Virus record (IMG/VR): IMGVR_UViG_3300036834_000211
Location: 1-64,000 of that record
DNA length: 64,000 nt
Source of the DNA: a virus
Reading direction: 5' to 3' (one strand)
Shown: one piece after another, positions 55,258-64,000 of the stretch
Numbering within the stretch: the first letter of the stretch is position 1
How the letters are laid out: every line of letters begins with the position of its first letter
Made by a program: the position numbers and the translations under genes
Notes under the pieces: generated by a model
Databases searched by the model: none
What the model saw: the letters and a program-made list of their open reading frames with translations, nothing else
What the model was told of the DNA's origin: nothing

Positions 55258-55934
55258 GCGGATTACCTCCCCTGCTCCTGCTGACCCAGGATGATCTCAG
55301 CATACTGTCGGAGTTCGGTCCACCGCAGTGGGGCATCTTCGACGAGGGCGGGCAGCCCGTACTAATCTCGGAGTCTGTCGGAGAACTCGGGTACCACCGT
55401 GGGTACGACGTCTCAAACTATCCCCAGGAGATGGGGGCGTTCGCCAGCTACAACAAGGTTCAGATCCCCTACGACGCGAGGGTGACGCTGCTGTCCAGCC
55501 AGACGCGGGGACAGCTCCTCTCGATACTCGAGCCGGTTGCGGCGTCGCTCCAGTTGGTGGCGGTCGTGATGCCGGAGTACGGATACCCCAGCGCCAACGT
55601 GGTGGACTACGAATTCCGGCGCACGGTCAGGAGCGGCGTTACACTAATTGCGGTGGAGGTGAGGCTCAAGGAGATCCGGACCCCGACTACCTCCACACTC
55701 TCCAGTTCTCAAGGTAACTCCACCTCGCCCGCCGGAGCCGGAGCCGGAACCTCGAGGCCCGTCGGACAGGTGAGCAACCAGGCGCTGGGAGGTGGACTCA
55801 CCTCCAGCCTGTTCCCGTCGGCGACCAGCACCAGCTCGACGAATGCCGCTTTCCCGACTCAGAGCGGACCGGTCCAGCCGACGGATCGGTCGTCCCTCAC
55901 GTCGCCCTGGGTCGCCATCCAACCCCCGACCTGA
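55254..55934 (+). CDS. Baseplate tube-initiator/Dit-like protein
   Basis: QWGIFD, YPQE.GAFASYNKV..P. Confidence 0.75.
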   Translation: MSGLPPLLLLTQDDLSILSEFGPPQWGIFDEGGQPVLISESVGELGYHRGYDVSNYPQEMGAFASYNKVQIPYDARVTLLSSQTRGQLLSILEPVAASLQLVAVVMPEYGYPSANVVDYEFRRTVRSGVTLIAVEVRLKEIRTPTTSTLSSSQGNSTSPAGAGAGTSRPVGQVSNQALGGGLTSSLFPSATSTSSTNAAFPTQSGPVQPTDRSSLTSPWVAIQPPT

Positions 55935-55945
55935 GTGTAAAGTCG

Positions 55946-57190
55946 ATGCGCAGCCGACTCGGTCTCCTCCTCACGATCCTCCTCGTGCTCTCGCCCGCCG
56001 CGGCGAGGGCCCAGACCGCGTGCACGGTTCTCCCCCAGTCGTCCCTGCTCAATCTGTTCTCCGACGCCGCGCCGGTGGCCTCGATCGTCCCTGCCTACGT
56101 GCGCAACGCGATCTGTAGCTCTCTCAATCCGACGAATAATCTCTCGGACGTGGCGTCGCAGCAAACGTCGATAAATAATCTATTCGGACCTAATACTTAT
56201 TTGAAGATCCTGGGTAGTGGGGCATTATCCGTTCCGTCATATACATCATTGTCCACGCAGGGGACTCTGTCGGGAACGCCTGCGGGATCTTCGATTGATG
56301 TCAATTATGGGTCTACGACGCCACTCTCGACCATAGCAGTAATCAGCGATACTGCGACGAATCAGCTGTTGGGAGGAGTAATACCAGCTCTCAGCATAGC
56401 TCACACGTTTGGCGGTACTGGAGCCGGTCCAGGCGCTCGACAGGGGATTTTTGTTGATCTTGTCCAAAATGGAAATGTCGGTTCCGGTACGGGAGCCTTT
56501 CAAACTGGGATCTTTTCGAATGTGTGGGCCAGGAGCGGAACCGGCGGCGGCCAATTCTACGCCTATGCAGGACAAGTAATCGACGACCTAAACGTCTCTC
56601 ACTATGGTACGGTCGGTGGCGAGATCGACTTGGCATTGCACCAGCCTGGGGCTGGGATCAAAGAAGGATGGGCGGTTGCGTCCACCCCGTTGGGGAGCGG
56701 GAACGACACACAGCAAGGTACCAACTATTCGGCCGGCTATGGGCTGTGGGCCGGCGGCTCGTGCGGGAATGGTGCACTCGCCGGGGGGAGCGCCTGCGCC
56801 GGCTTCAACACAGGCATTTCGTTCGGCCGCTCCGATAGTTACTGGCCCATTTCCAACGCCGGTACGGTGATCGCCGCAACGCAAGGGGTCGGCACGATTG
56901 GTAATATGAAGGCGGCGCAGGGCATCGACATGCACAACGTCACCTTCAGCACTTACGCGCTGAATTTCCCTGGATTCCAAGTCACTGGCGACGGCAGCCT
57001 ATTTGCCGGCGGCGCATCGGGTCTCGGCGTGGCTAAGCAGTCGAGTGGTCCGGGTGCTGGACCGGGCGCCGCGGTCGTCAGGATAATTGCATTGCCGGGC
57101 ACAACGGGAGGCACCTGCAAACTGGTGGCCTATGCCGGCACGAGCACCACGGGTGTGCTCTTGGCTGATAACATTGGTAGCGGGTGCTGA
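55946..57190 (+). CDS. Signal-peptide-bearing fibre/spike-like protein
   Basis: MRSRLGLLLTILLVLSPAAARA|Q; LNPTNNLSDVAS fibre motif. Confidence 0.7.
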   Translation: MRSRLGLLLTILLVLSPAAARAQTACTVLPQSSLLNLFSDAAPVASIVPAYVRNAICSSLNPTNNLSDVASQQTSINNLFGPNTYLKILGSGALSVPSYTSLSTQGTLSGTPAGSSIDVNYGSTTPLSTIAVISDTATNQLLGGVIPALSIAHTFGGTGAGPGARQGIFVDLVQNGNVGSGTGAFQTGIFSNVWARSGTGGGQFYAYAGQVIDDLNVSHYGTVGGEIDLALHQPGAGIKEGWAVASTPLGSGNDTQQGTNYSAGYGLWAGGSCGNGALAGGSACAGFNTGISFGRSDSYWPISNAGTVIAATQGVGTIGNMKAAQGIDMHNVTFSTYALNFPGFQVTGDGSLFAGGASGLGVAKQSSGPGAGPGAAVVRIIALPGTTGGTCKLVAYAGTSTTGVLLADNIGSGC

Positions 57191-57194
57191 GTAG

Positions 57195-57845
57195 ATGAGC
57201 GGCAGCCCGTGGGGGAGTCAATTTGGTCCCCAGTTCGGGATCGGCATCCGTCCCGGTCCCTCGACGCTGCCGGTGCCTGGTGGGATCCCATACATACCGC
57301 CGCCGGCCGCGCCAAACCTCTCGACCGCCTACTCGATCGTCCCGACGAGCGAGGCGCCGGCCCAGCAGATCACGATAACGCTCGCCGGGCAGGCGTGCCT
57401 GATCAGACTGTACACGAAGAGCACCAACGTGCCGACGATCGACCCGGGGGAGATCCCGACCGACCCCGAGCCGCGCTACGAGAACATCAACCCATGCTTC
57501 GTCGACGTGTATACCGGCAGCGGGGCTAACTTGATCGTGGGCGGGGTCTACGTCCGGCAGGGGACGCTGATCGTGCGCGACGTCTACCTGGGATTCGTCG
57601 GCGACCTCGTGGTCGTCGACACGACAGGCGCGGCCGAGGACCCGCGCGGGGTGCCGGCGAGGCTGCCGCCGACCTACCTGAGGAATCAGACCCAGCTCGC
57701 CGAGTACCCACTGGCCGACGGCGACATGGCCCCACCGGCGGTGGCCGGCCGCATCCCCGGTATGGGGACTCGTTGGATACTGACGTACTGGCCGGTTGGT
57801 TCGTACGTGCCCGGATACTCCTTGCCGCGCTCGGTGGCAGCGTGA
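57195..57845 (+). CDS. Baseplate plug-like protein with extensions
   Basis: VP....P.Q...ITLAGQ.C.I.LY; YLGFVGDL..VDT.G..DP; G.GTRW.L.Y. Confidence 0.7.
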   Translation: MSGSPWGSQFGPQFGIGIRPGPSTLPVPGGIPYIPPPAAPNLSTAYSIVPTSEAPAQQITITLAGQACLIRLYTKSTNVPTIDPGEIPTDPEPRYENINPCFVDVYTGSGANLIVGGVYVRQGTLIVRDVYLGFVGDLVVVDTTGAAEDPRGVPARLPPTYLRNQTQLAEYPLADGDMAPPAVAGRIPGMGTRWILTYWPVGSYVPGYSLPRSVAA

Positions 57846-58792
57846 GCAACGGCACCACTACCCTGCCGGACGTCTCGGTCACCGCCCAGGCTCCCTCGCC
57901 GGTCGTCACGACGCTCCAGGCACCCTACGCGGTCCGGAAGATCGACCTCACGTTCCAGATCGGCACGGGGGACTTCGGTGTGTCCGGAGCGGACCAGCTC
58001 ACCCTCACCGGCCTGCGCGTTTATGCCCACCTAGAGGCCGTCGTGTCTCCCCACATGGCCTCGGTCGCGTTGTTGCGCGTTTATGGTATGTCTCTCGACC
58101 ACATGAACGCCGTCTCGGTGGCTGGATTGCTGTACCAGAGTCGGAAGAACCTGGTCCAGGTCAGGGCAGGAGACGACGCGTCCGGCATGACGACCGTGTT
58201 CGACGGTCTTATCACCGAGGCCTACCCGAAACTCGACGGTGGCGCTGACGATCGTCACTTCTACGTCTACGCGACGCCGGCCACTGCCATCCAGCTCAAG
58301 CCGGTCTCGCCGTCGAGCTACCCCGGCTCGGTGCCAGCGTCCCAGGTCCTCAAGACCCTGGCTCAGTCCGTCGGCTACACCCTCCAGGACAACGGCGTCA
58401 CCGCCGTGCTACAGACTCCCTACCTGCCCGGCACGGTGTGGCAACAGATCCAGGCCGTCGTCGCAGCGGCGGACTGCTTCGCGTTCCTCGACAGCGTCAA
58501 CAAGGTGCTGATCACCTGGTCGAAGAATAGCAAGACGACACCTCCAGTGACGGTGATTGTGGGACCTCAGACCGGCATGATCAATTATCCGATGTTCCAG
58601 AATAAGCAGATCATCGTTCGCACGCTGTTCAGCCCGTCCATGGCCATCTCTCCGGGCACTACCGTGCTCGTGCAGAGTGAACTGAAGGCTGCCAACAATG
58701 CTAAGCTGACCCTCAACATGGTTACCCACGAGCTGGAGTCTCAAGAGCCAGGTGGTCCCTGGGAGACTATCCTGATTGGGTCGCCGCCGTGA
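57842..58792 (+). CDS. Baseplate hub protein
   Basis: RKID.TF, LTGLRV, VYGMSL..MN, AGD...VF.G.I, YLPGT..QQI, TGMI.YP, HELES..PGGPW. Confidence 0.8.
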   Translation: MSNGTTTLPDVSVTAQAPSPVVTTLQAPYAVRKIDLTFQIGTGDFGVSGADQLTLTGLRVYAHLEAVVSPHMASVALLRVYGMSLDHMNAVSVAGLLYQSRKNLVQVRAGDDASGMTTVFDGLITEAYPKLDGGADDRHFYVYATPATAIQLKPVSPSSYPGSVPASQVLKTLAQSVGYTLQDNGVTAVLQTPYLPGTVWQQIQAVVAAADCFAFLDSVNKVLITWSKNSKTTPPVTVIVGPQTGMINYPMFQNKQIIVRTLFSPSMAISPGTTVLVQSELKAANNAKLTLNMVTHELESQEPGGPWETILIGSPP

Positions 58793-59532
58793 GCGACGCC
58801 GACACCTACGCCTATGTGGGGGCCCAGGATGCCGGCACCACCGTACATCCATTCAATACTACGGACTTCCACATCGACCAGGCCATCGCCGACGTCCGTA
58901 CGGCTCAGTACGCGAAGGTGATTCGGGGCGCCTACGACGCTAACGGAAACGACATCCCGCCAGGTACCATAGGACCGATAGGCTTCGTCGACGTCCAGCC
59001 GCTGGTCAACCAGGTGGACGGCAACAACGGGAACTCCACACCACACGGGACGATCTATAAGATCCCATACTTCCGGTACCAGTCCGCGCTCGGCGCGATC
59101 ATCTCGAACCCGAAGAAGGACGACATCGGGGAGATCATCATGCACGATCGGGACACCAGCGTCGTTCGGGCTACGGGAGCCCAGGGAAACCCGGGGTCGA
59201 GAAGACGGCACGACTTTGCTGATGCCGTATTTCACGGCTCGCACATTGACACCGGGACACCAACCCAGGGAGTAGCCTTCTCAGATACTGGCGTAAAGAT
59301 ATTCGACAAGAACCACAATACGGTCACGCTGGCCAACAACCTGATCACGATCAAGGTCGGAAATGCAACCTACACGTTCGATCAGAACGGGCTCTTTACA
59401 GCTAGTGGGAATGTTATTGCGGGCCAGGGCGGGTCGGATCAAGTGACGTTACAAGGACATCAGCATACTCAACCTAATGATAGTCATGGAGATACAGAAC
59501 AACCTACGAATGCTCCTACCGCAGGTACTTAG
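58789..59532 (+). CDS. Baseplate central spike (gp138-like)
   Basis: VDVQPLVNQVDG, PYFRYQ, DRD.S, PGSRRRHD.AD, C-terminal HQH. Confidence 0.85.
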   Translation: MSDADTYAYVGAQDAGTTVHPFNTTDFHIDQAIADVRTAQYAKVIRGAYDANGNDIPPGTIGPIGFVDVQPLVNQVDGNNGNSTPHGTIYKIPYFRYQSALGAIISNPKKDDIGEIIMHDRDTSVVRATGAQGNPGSRRRHDFADAVFHGSHIDTGTPTQGVAFSDTGVKIFDKNHNTVTLANNLITIKVGNATYTFDQNGLFTASGNVIAGQGGSDQVTLQGHQHTQPNDSHGDTEQPTNAPTAGT

Positions 59533-59534
59533 GC

Positions 59535-59642
59535 GTAGCCTGCCAGCGACTGCGCGTGCACTCCAGCTTGAAGAAAAGGGCGGCCGCTATGCGAGTAGCG
59601 GTCAGTGGTACCATCAGGCTGGACGAGCCTTAGAGACGATTT
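59535..59642 (+). repeat. Dispersed hairpin repeat, copy 4
   Basis: First 25 nt identical to copy 1; last 26 nt identical to copy 2. Confidence 0.85.
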
Positions 59643-59655
59643 CTGAGACATACAC

Positions 59656-60225
59656 ATGAACACCCTCGCCCTTTCCACCCCCGACCAGGACGGCACCGGC
59701 TGGGACCTGGTCGTCGAGAACGGCACCCTCAAGGTGAACTCCGGTGGTATCGCACTCGCACAGGATGTGGCAAGCGCCGTCCGCACGTTCCGAGGTGAGT
59801 GCTGGTACGACTCGACGCTCGGCGTGCCGTACTTCCAGAACATCCTCGGCCTCCGCGTTAGCCTGCAGTTTCTGAAGCAGGCGCTTGTGACGGCTGGGCT
59901 GGTCGTCCCCGACGTGGCCTCGATCAAGTGCTTCCTGACCGGGCCGGGCTCGGGCCGAGAGATCGGTGGTCAGCTCCAGATCACCAGCTCGAGTGGGCAG
60001 GTCTCGGTGGTCGAGACCGGAAACCTGCTCGGCGTCGCGCCGTGGTGGGTGAGTGCGGTCTCGGGAGACATTGCCGCAACTCCTCCGATGGCCGGTGGAA
60101 GCGACTTCGGACCGCCGGACTTCGGACCGCCGGACTTCGTCCAAGGTGATGCTACTGCAACTCAGACTGTACTCACCGGAGGCGGGGTCCCACTTACGGG
60201 AGGGGGTAAGGTATTGACACAATGA
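59656..60225 (+). CDS. Baseplate wedge/sheath initiator (gp25-like) with C-terminal extension
   Basis: WDLV, AQDVASAVRTFRGECWYD..GVPYF; DFGPP repeats. Confidence 0.8.
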   Translation: MNTLALSTPDQDGTGWDLVVENGTLKVNSGGIALAQDVASAVRTFRGECWYDSTLGVPYFQNILGLRVSLQFLKQALVTAGLVVPDVASIKCFLTGPGSGREIGGQLQITSSSGQVSVVETGNLLGVAPWWVSAVSGDIAATPPMAGGSDFGPPDFGPPDFVQGDATATQTVLTGGGVPLTGGGKVLTQ

Positions 60226-61937
60226 GGATCATCCTGCGCATCCTCGCCGCGTTCCTGGGTGCCGTCGCGGCTAGTCACTTGGCCCACTCGCAGCAGCAGG
60301 AGATAGAGGCGTACGTGTACGGCCAGTCCCAGGCGACTCAGCCGTACTCATCGGGTCTACTCATCCCGGCAATCCCCAACCCCAATCGATTCTCCCTGCT
60401 CAGCATTCCGGCGAATGCCTTCCTGTACACCAGTGGCGTGCCCAACGCTCCCTTCCTGAGCGGATCTGGTGGCGGCTTCCAGGGATTAACGGGATCTGCG
60501 GCGACGGCCCTACTCTCCCCCTGTACCTCGACGGTCCAAGGGGTCGTCCCCACCCCGCCGAACGATGCCACCAAGTTCCTAAATGGGAAGTGCTCGTTCG
60601 CTTCCTCCGGCTCCGTAAGTCCGGACGTCATGGGCGCCCCGCACAACGGGACGTCCGACGACTCGTCAGGCTTCAGCGCAGCGCTGGCGACCGGTATTCC
60701 GGTTCAGATGGTGTGCAACGGTACTCCCTACAAGCTGACGAGTAACGTCATCATAGCCACCCCGGCGCACCTGATGGGCTGCGGGACGATCCTGGGGTCC
60801 CCGATCAATCTATCCGGTGCGTCCGCGGGAATAACCATAACGTCGAGCGGAGTGATCGTCGAGAACGTCCACGAGGTCGGCGATCGCACTACTGGGCAAG
60901 TCGGCATAAAACTGACCGGCGGCAGCCGAGACCTCGTCCGCAATGTCCAAGTCGAGTTGGCCGACATCTGCTTCCAGCAGGGCGTGGGGGCCGGAGTAAT
61001 CAACAACTGGGAGCACATCTATGGCAGGAACTGCAAGAGCATCTTCGCGACCTTCCAGGACGGTATAGGACCGATCATCGACGAGGCACTTTACGACACC
61101 GACGTGGGCTCATACGCGGATCCCCAGGGTATAGTAGTCGAGACGGAGGGTGTATTCATGACCAGGGCCGACATCCTGGACACCACGTACCCGCTCATAA
61201 TACAGTGCAACGGGGCTCACCACGCGAACGGTCCGATATGGGGGGAGTACGGGCTCAACTTCTTCGACATCTCACAGCAAGGGGTCTTGATCACCAACCA
61301 GTCCGGTGGGGGATGTTCCGTGAGGGGAGAGCACTTCCACGGGACGTGGTTTGCCACCTCCACGAACAATGGTCTGACTGTCACTACCGACTCGCTGAGC
61401 AGCATCCAGACCGTGCTGTGCGACGGGTGCCAGATTCACAATAATGGGGCCCATGGCGTCAGTCTATCGGGTAACTCCAACGACATCATCTTCAACGGCT
61501 CCATAATCTCCGGGAACGGGAGCGCGAGCGGCAGCGCCTACGACAACGTCAAGATAGCCACCACCGCCCCGCTGGACACCATCGTGTTCAACGGTGGTAT
61601 AATTGGTAGGGCGGAGGGCGAGACCGCGCTTCCCAAGTACAACTTGGAGATAACGACTCCGTCGTACGTCCGGATAACCGGGACGTACTTCGATGTGGGT
61701 GGGGTGACAACCGCGAACATCGTGAACCCCGGAGGTGCCAACATACAGACGGACGGTCTCTCCGGATTCGAGACTACGGCATCGACGCTCGGTCCCTGCA
61801 CAACTGGCAACGCCGGGAACAGGACGTCGATATCCGACGCGACGTCGGGGACGTTCGGAGCCCCCGTGGGAAGTGGGGGCTCCCACCACGTACTGGCATA
61901 CTGCGACGTATCGGTATCTGGTTGGGTAGTCCATTAG
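60222..61937 (+). CDS. Signal-peptide-bearing tailspike-like beta-helix protein
   Basis: MRIILRILAAFLGAVAASHLAHS|Q; GAPHNGTSDDS..F.AAL; beta-helix repeats. Confidence 0.72.
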   Translation: MRIILRILAAFLGAVAASHLAHSQQQEIEAYVYGQSQATQPYSSGLLIPAIPNPNRFSLLSIPANAFLYTSGVPNAPFLSGSGGGFQGLTGSAATALLSPCTSTVQGVVPTPPNDATKFLNGKCSFASSGSVSPDVMGAPHNGTSDDSSGFSAALATGIPVQMVCNGTPYKLTSNVIIATPAHLMGCGTILGSPINLSGASAGITITSSGVIVENVHEVGDRTTGQVGIKLTGGSRDLVRNVQVELADICFQQGVGAGVINNWEHIYGRNCKSIFATFQDGIGPIIDEALYDTDVGSYADPQGIVVETEGVFMTRADILDTTYPLIIQCNGAHHANGPIWGEYGLNFFDISQQGVLITNQSGGGCSVRGEHFHGTWFATSTNNGLTVTTDSLSSIQTVLCDGCQIHNNGAHGVSLSGNSNDIIFNGSIISGNGSASGSAYDNVKIATTAPLDTIVFNGGIIGRAEGETALPKYNLEITTPSYVRITGTYFDVGGVTTANIVNPGGANIQTDGLSGFETTASTLGPCTTGNAGNRTSISDATSGTFGAPVGSGGSHHVLAYCDVSVSGWVVH

Positions 61938-61948
61938 TCGTGGCTTTC

Positions 61949-63229
61949 ATGGTTAGACTCCTCAAGTACTTCTGCACCATTGTCGTACTCGCCACTGCCA
62001 CACAGGTGCAGGCTCAGACTATTAAGACGCAGTCGGCGCTGATAACCGAGTGGCAGCCCTGCTCTGTGCTCGGTCAGCCAAGCGCGTGCCACGGCAGCTC
62101 GACGCAGATTCAGGACATCATTCAGTCGGTGGCTCCCTGGGCGTGGACGCTCAGTCCGAGCGGGCCGATCCCGTCGGCTCTGCTCTCCCCCTGCACTACG
62201 ACGGTCCAGGGGGCCGTACCAGCGCCGCCGAACGATGCCACCAAGTACCTCAACGGACAGTGTCAGTGGTCGGGGTTGGCGATTGAAGCTCCTAACTACA
62301 CGAATCCGTCTGGAGGATTGAATGGAGGATTTCGGGTTGAAAATATCGCTACTCTAGCACCGAGTAACCCTGGGGTAAACAATGCGATTAGCATCTCGGC
62401 GTTCATCGATAATCTGAATGGCCGTGGGTCGGGGGGTACATTGGCAAACCCTCAGCTCATCGAAGCGATAAATCCGCTCTGCAATCAGTTCGCTGTCGCC
62501 CAAGGAGGGTCGGTATCGGACGTACAGTGCGTCGAGAGTGATGTACTTCAGAGCTTCGCGCCAACTAATGTCGATGAGCCGTTCAATGCGAACTCTCCGA
62601 CAGTTTTTGCCTACTCGGCGACCGCCGAACGCAATACTACAGGAGCGACGCCACAGCGGCCAAATGGCGCCTACATGGTGGTATCGGCCAACACTGCGAA
62701 CACCAACGATTGGTTTGCTTATGGACTTGTCCTCAGCCGAGTACAATATGAAGGGATTAGGATCGAGGATTTCCCACTCGACACGCTCCACGGCTTCACT
62801 CATGCAGCCATCTCCGATTATAGCAACTCTGCGCGAGTGCTGAATATTAAGGGCACGCACGCGACTGCCATTGTCGACATGAGTGGGGAGGTTGGCATAC
62901 CAAATTTCATCCTAGGACCCTCTAGCGTAAGTGCGAATTTCGTGGTGGCGAATAGCGCAAATTTTAACACCGAGTGGAGTGTGGACTCCGGTGGTACCGC
63001 CGCGGAGTTCTCAATAATGGGATGGCGCGACCGCGGCGCAGAAGAGTATCAAATACTGAAGAACGCGTCCAACAACTTGCAATTTGTCGACTTTGTCCAC
63101 ACTGTGACGTTTATGAATTATGTACAATCGACGCAAGTATTGGAGATATCCCACATCCCCACCTCGTGCTCCGGACACCCGTCTGGGACTGAGTGGAATA
63201 ATGCTGGAGTGGTGAATATCTGTCCATGA
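61949..63229 (+). CDS. Signal-peptide-bearing fibre/spike-like protein
   Basis: MVRLLKYFCTIVVLATATQVQA|Q; segment shared with the 60222 protein; C-terminal PTSCSG..SGT.WNNAGV. Confidence 0.7.
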   Translation: MVRLLKYFCTIVVLATATQVQAQTIKTQSALITEWQPCSVLGQPSACHGSSTQIQDIIQSVAPWAWTLSPSGPIPSALLSPCTTTVQGAVPAPPNDATKYLNGQCQWSGLAIEAPNYTNPSGGLNGGFRVENIATLAPSNPGVNNAISISAFIDNLNGRGSGGTLANPQLIEAINPLCNQFAVAQGGSVSDVQCVESDVLQSFAPTNVDEPFNANSPTVFAYSATAERNTTGATPQRPNGAYMVVSANTANTNDWFAYGLVLSRVQYEGIRIEDFPLDTLHGFTHAAISDYSNSARVLNIKGTHATAIVDMSGEVGIPNFILGPSSVSANFVVANSANFNTEWSVDSGGTAAEFSIMGWRDRGAEEYQILKNASNNLQFVDFVHTVTFMNYVQSTQVLEISHIPTSCSGHPSGTEWNNAGVVNICP

Positions 63230-64000
63230 GCGACGGCTTCGTCACCGCCGTCCCCCAGCCGACCTTCGGTCCGAGGGGGGTCGTCCTCCCGACCGAAGAC
63301 GCGGCGCTCGCCGGCGTCCAGGTCGACATCAATGCTGCACTCGGCGGGGGCATCAACCCGCAGCTGACGAATCCGACGGGACAGATTGCGGTCACCGAGA
63401 CCGCGGTCATCGGCGACAGCTGGGCGCAGCTTGCGTGGTTCTTCTCTCAGATAGATCCGGCGCTCAACTCCGGTCGCGGTCAGGACGCGATCGGCCGCAT
63501 CTACTTCCAGGACCGGATCTCGGCGCAGCCGACCGTCCAGCCGTGCACCTGCGTCGGCCTTAACACCACGCCGATCGGCGTCGGCTCCCAGGCGCGGGAT
63601 CCCAACACGGGCCTGATCTGGCTCTGTACGCAGGCCGGCGAGATCGGGGTGTCCGGATCGGTCACGCTGGAGTTCTCCTGCGGGACGAGCGGCCCGATCG
63701 CCGCCCCGGCGAGCTTGAACATCTACCAGCAGATCTACGGGTGGGAGAGCGTCACACCGAGTGGACCGGCAGTGCTCGGGAACCTCGTCGAAACCCCCAC
63801 CCAGTACGAGCTCAGGCGGCAGCTCTCGGTCGCAGCCAACGCCATTCAGATACTTGACGCGATTCAGGGGACGGTGCTCGCGCTCCCCGGCGTCCTCGAC
63901 TGCTACTGCCTCGAGAACAATCTGCCCACGGTTGCGGTCGTCGGGGGTGTCACGATCGGACCAAACTCGATCTACGTCGCCGTCCTGGGTGGGAGTCAGA
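63226..64000 (+). CDS. Baseplate J-like protein, 3'-truncated
   Basis: Translated by hand: MSDGFVTAVPQPTFGPRG..GVQVDINAALGGGINP..PTGQIA..IDP..SGR.QDAIGRIYF. Confidence 0.85.
   Translation, partial: MSDGFVTAVPQPTFGPRGVVLPTEDAALAGVQVDINAALGGGINPQLTNPTGQIAVTETAVIGDSWAQLAWFFSQIDPALNSGRGQDAIGRIYFQDRISAQPTVQPCTCVGLNTTPIGVGSQARDPNTGLIWLCTQAGEIGVSGSVTLEFSCGTSGPIAAPASLNIYQQIYGWESVTPSGPAVLGNLVETPTQYELRRQLSVAANAIQILDAIQGTVLALPGVLDCYCLENNLPTVAVVGGVTIGPNSIYVAVLGGSQ

Larger units (their letters stand above)
1..64000. mobile_element. Tailed bacteriophage (myovirus-type) genome segment: lysis, packaging, head, tail and baseplate modules
   Basis: Contiguous terminase, portal, MuF, protease, capsid, sheath, tube, tape measure and baseplate genes, nearly all on the + strand with overlapping stop/start codons. 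Confidence 0.97.

Noticed and set aside
18199-59642. Dispersed repeats as a CRISPR array or intrinsic terminators
   Set aside because: The copies are 10-20 kb apart with no spacers, no cas genes and no U-tracts. TTGACA is present in only two copies and has no clear -10 box.
1-64000. tRNA/rRNA genes, integrase, diversity-generating retroelement
   Set aside because: None recognised. There is no reverse transcriptase or adenine-specific repeat pair, though short RNA genes could be missed by eye.

Overview
The whole window is part of a high-GC tailed-phage genome with a contractile tail. Its architecture is DUF1073 portal, MuF, DUF2213 protease, DUF2184 capsid, DUF4054 adaptor and DUF3383 sheath, as in Bcep781/OP2-like myoviruses. 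The host is probably a Proteobacterium. Gene order is: fibre cluster, modification enzymes and lysis genes, HNH/terminase, head, neck, tail, baseplate. The sequence is truncated at both ends. No replication, integrase or repressor genes were recognised. Three features stand out. (1) About 17 genes, most encoding tail-fibre or tailspike-like proteins with closely paired cysteines and including a fibre-chaperone-like protein, carry classical cleavable signal peptides, which suggests an exported, disulfide-folded fibre set. (2) The MuF gene contains a 327-aa intein whose endonuclease is encoded on the opposite strand, codon-for-codon antisense, with its own candidate promoter. (3) There are structured non-coding elements: a dispersed ~105-nt hairpin repeat and a pseudoknot-like leader that covers a ribosome-binding site. 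All family assignments come from motif recognition by eye, not from database searches.
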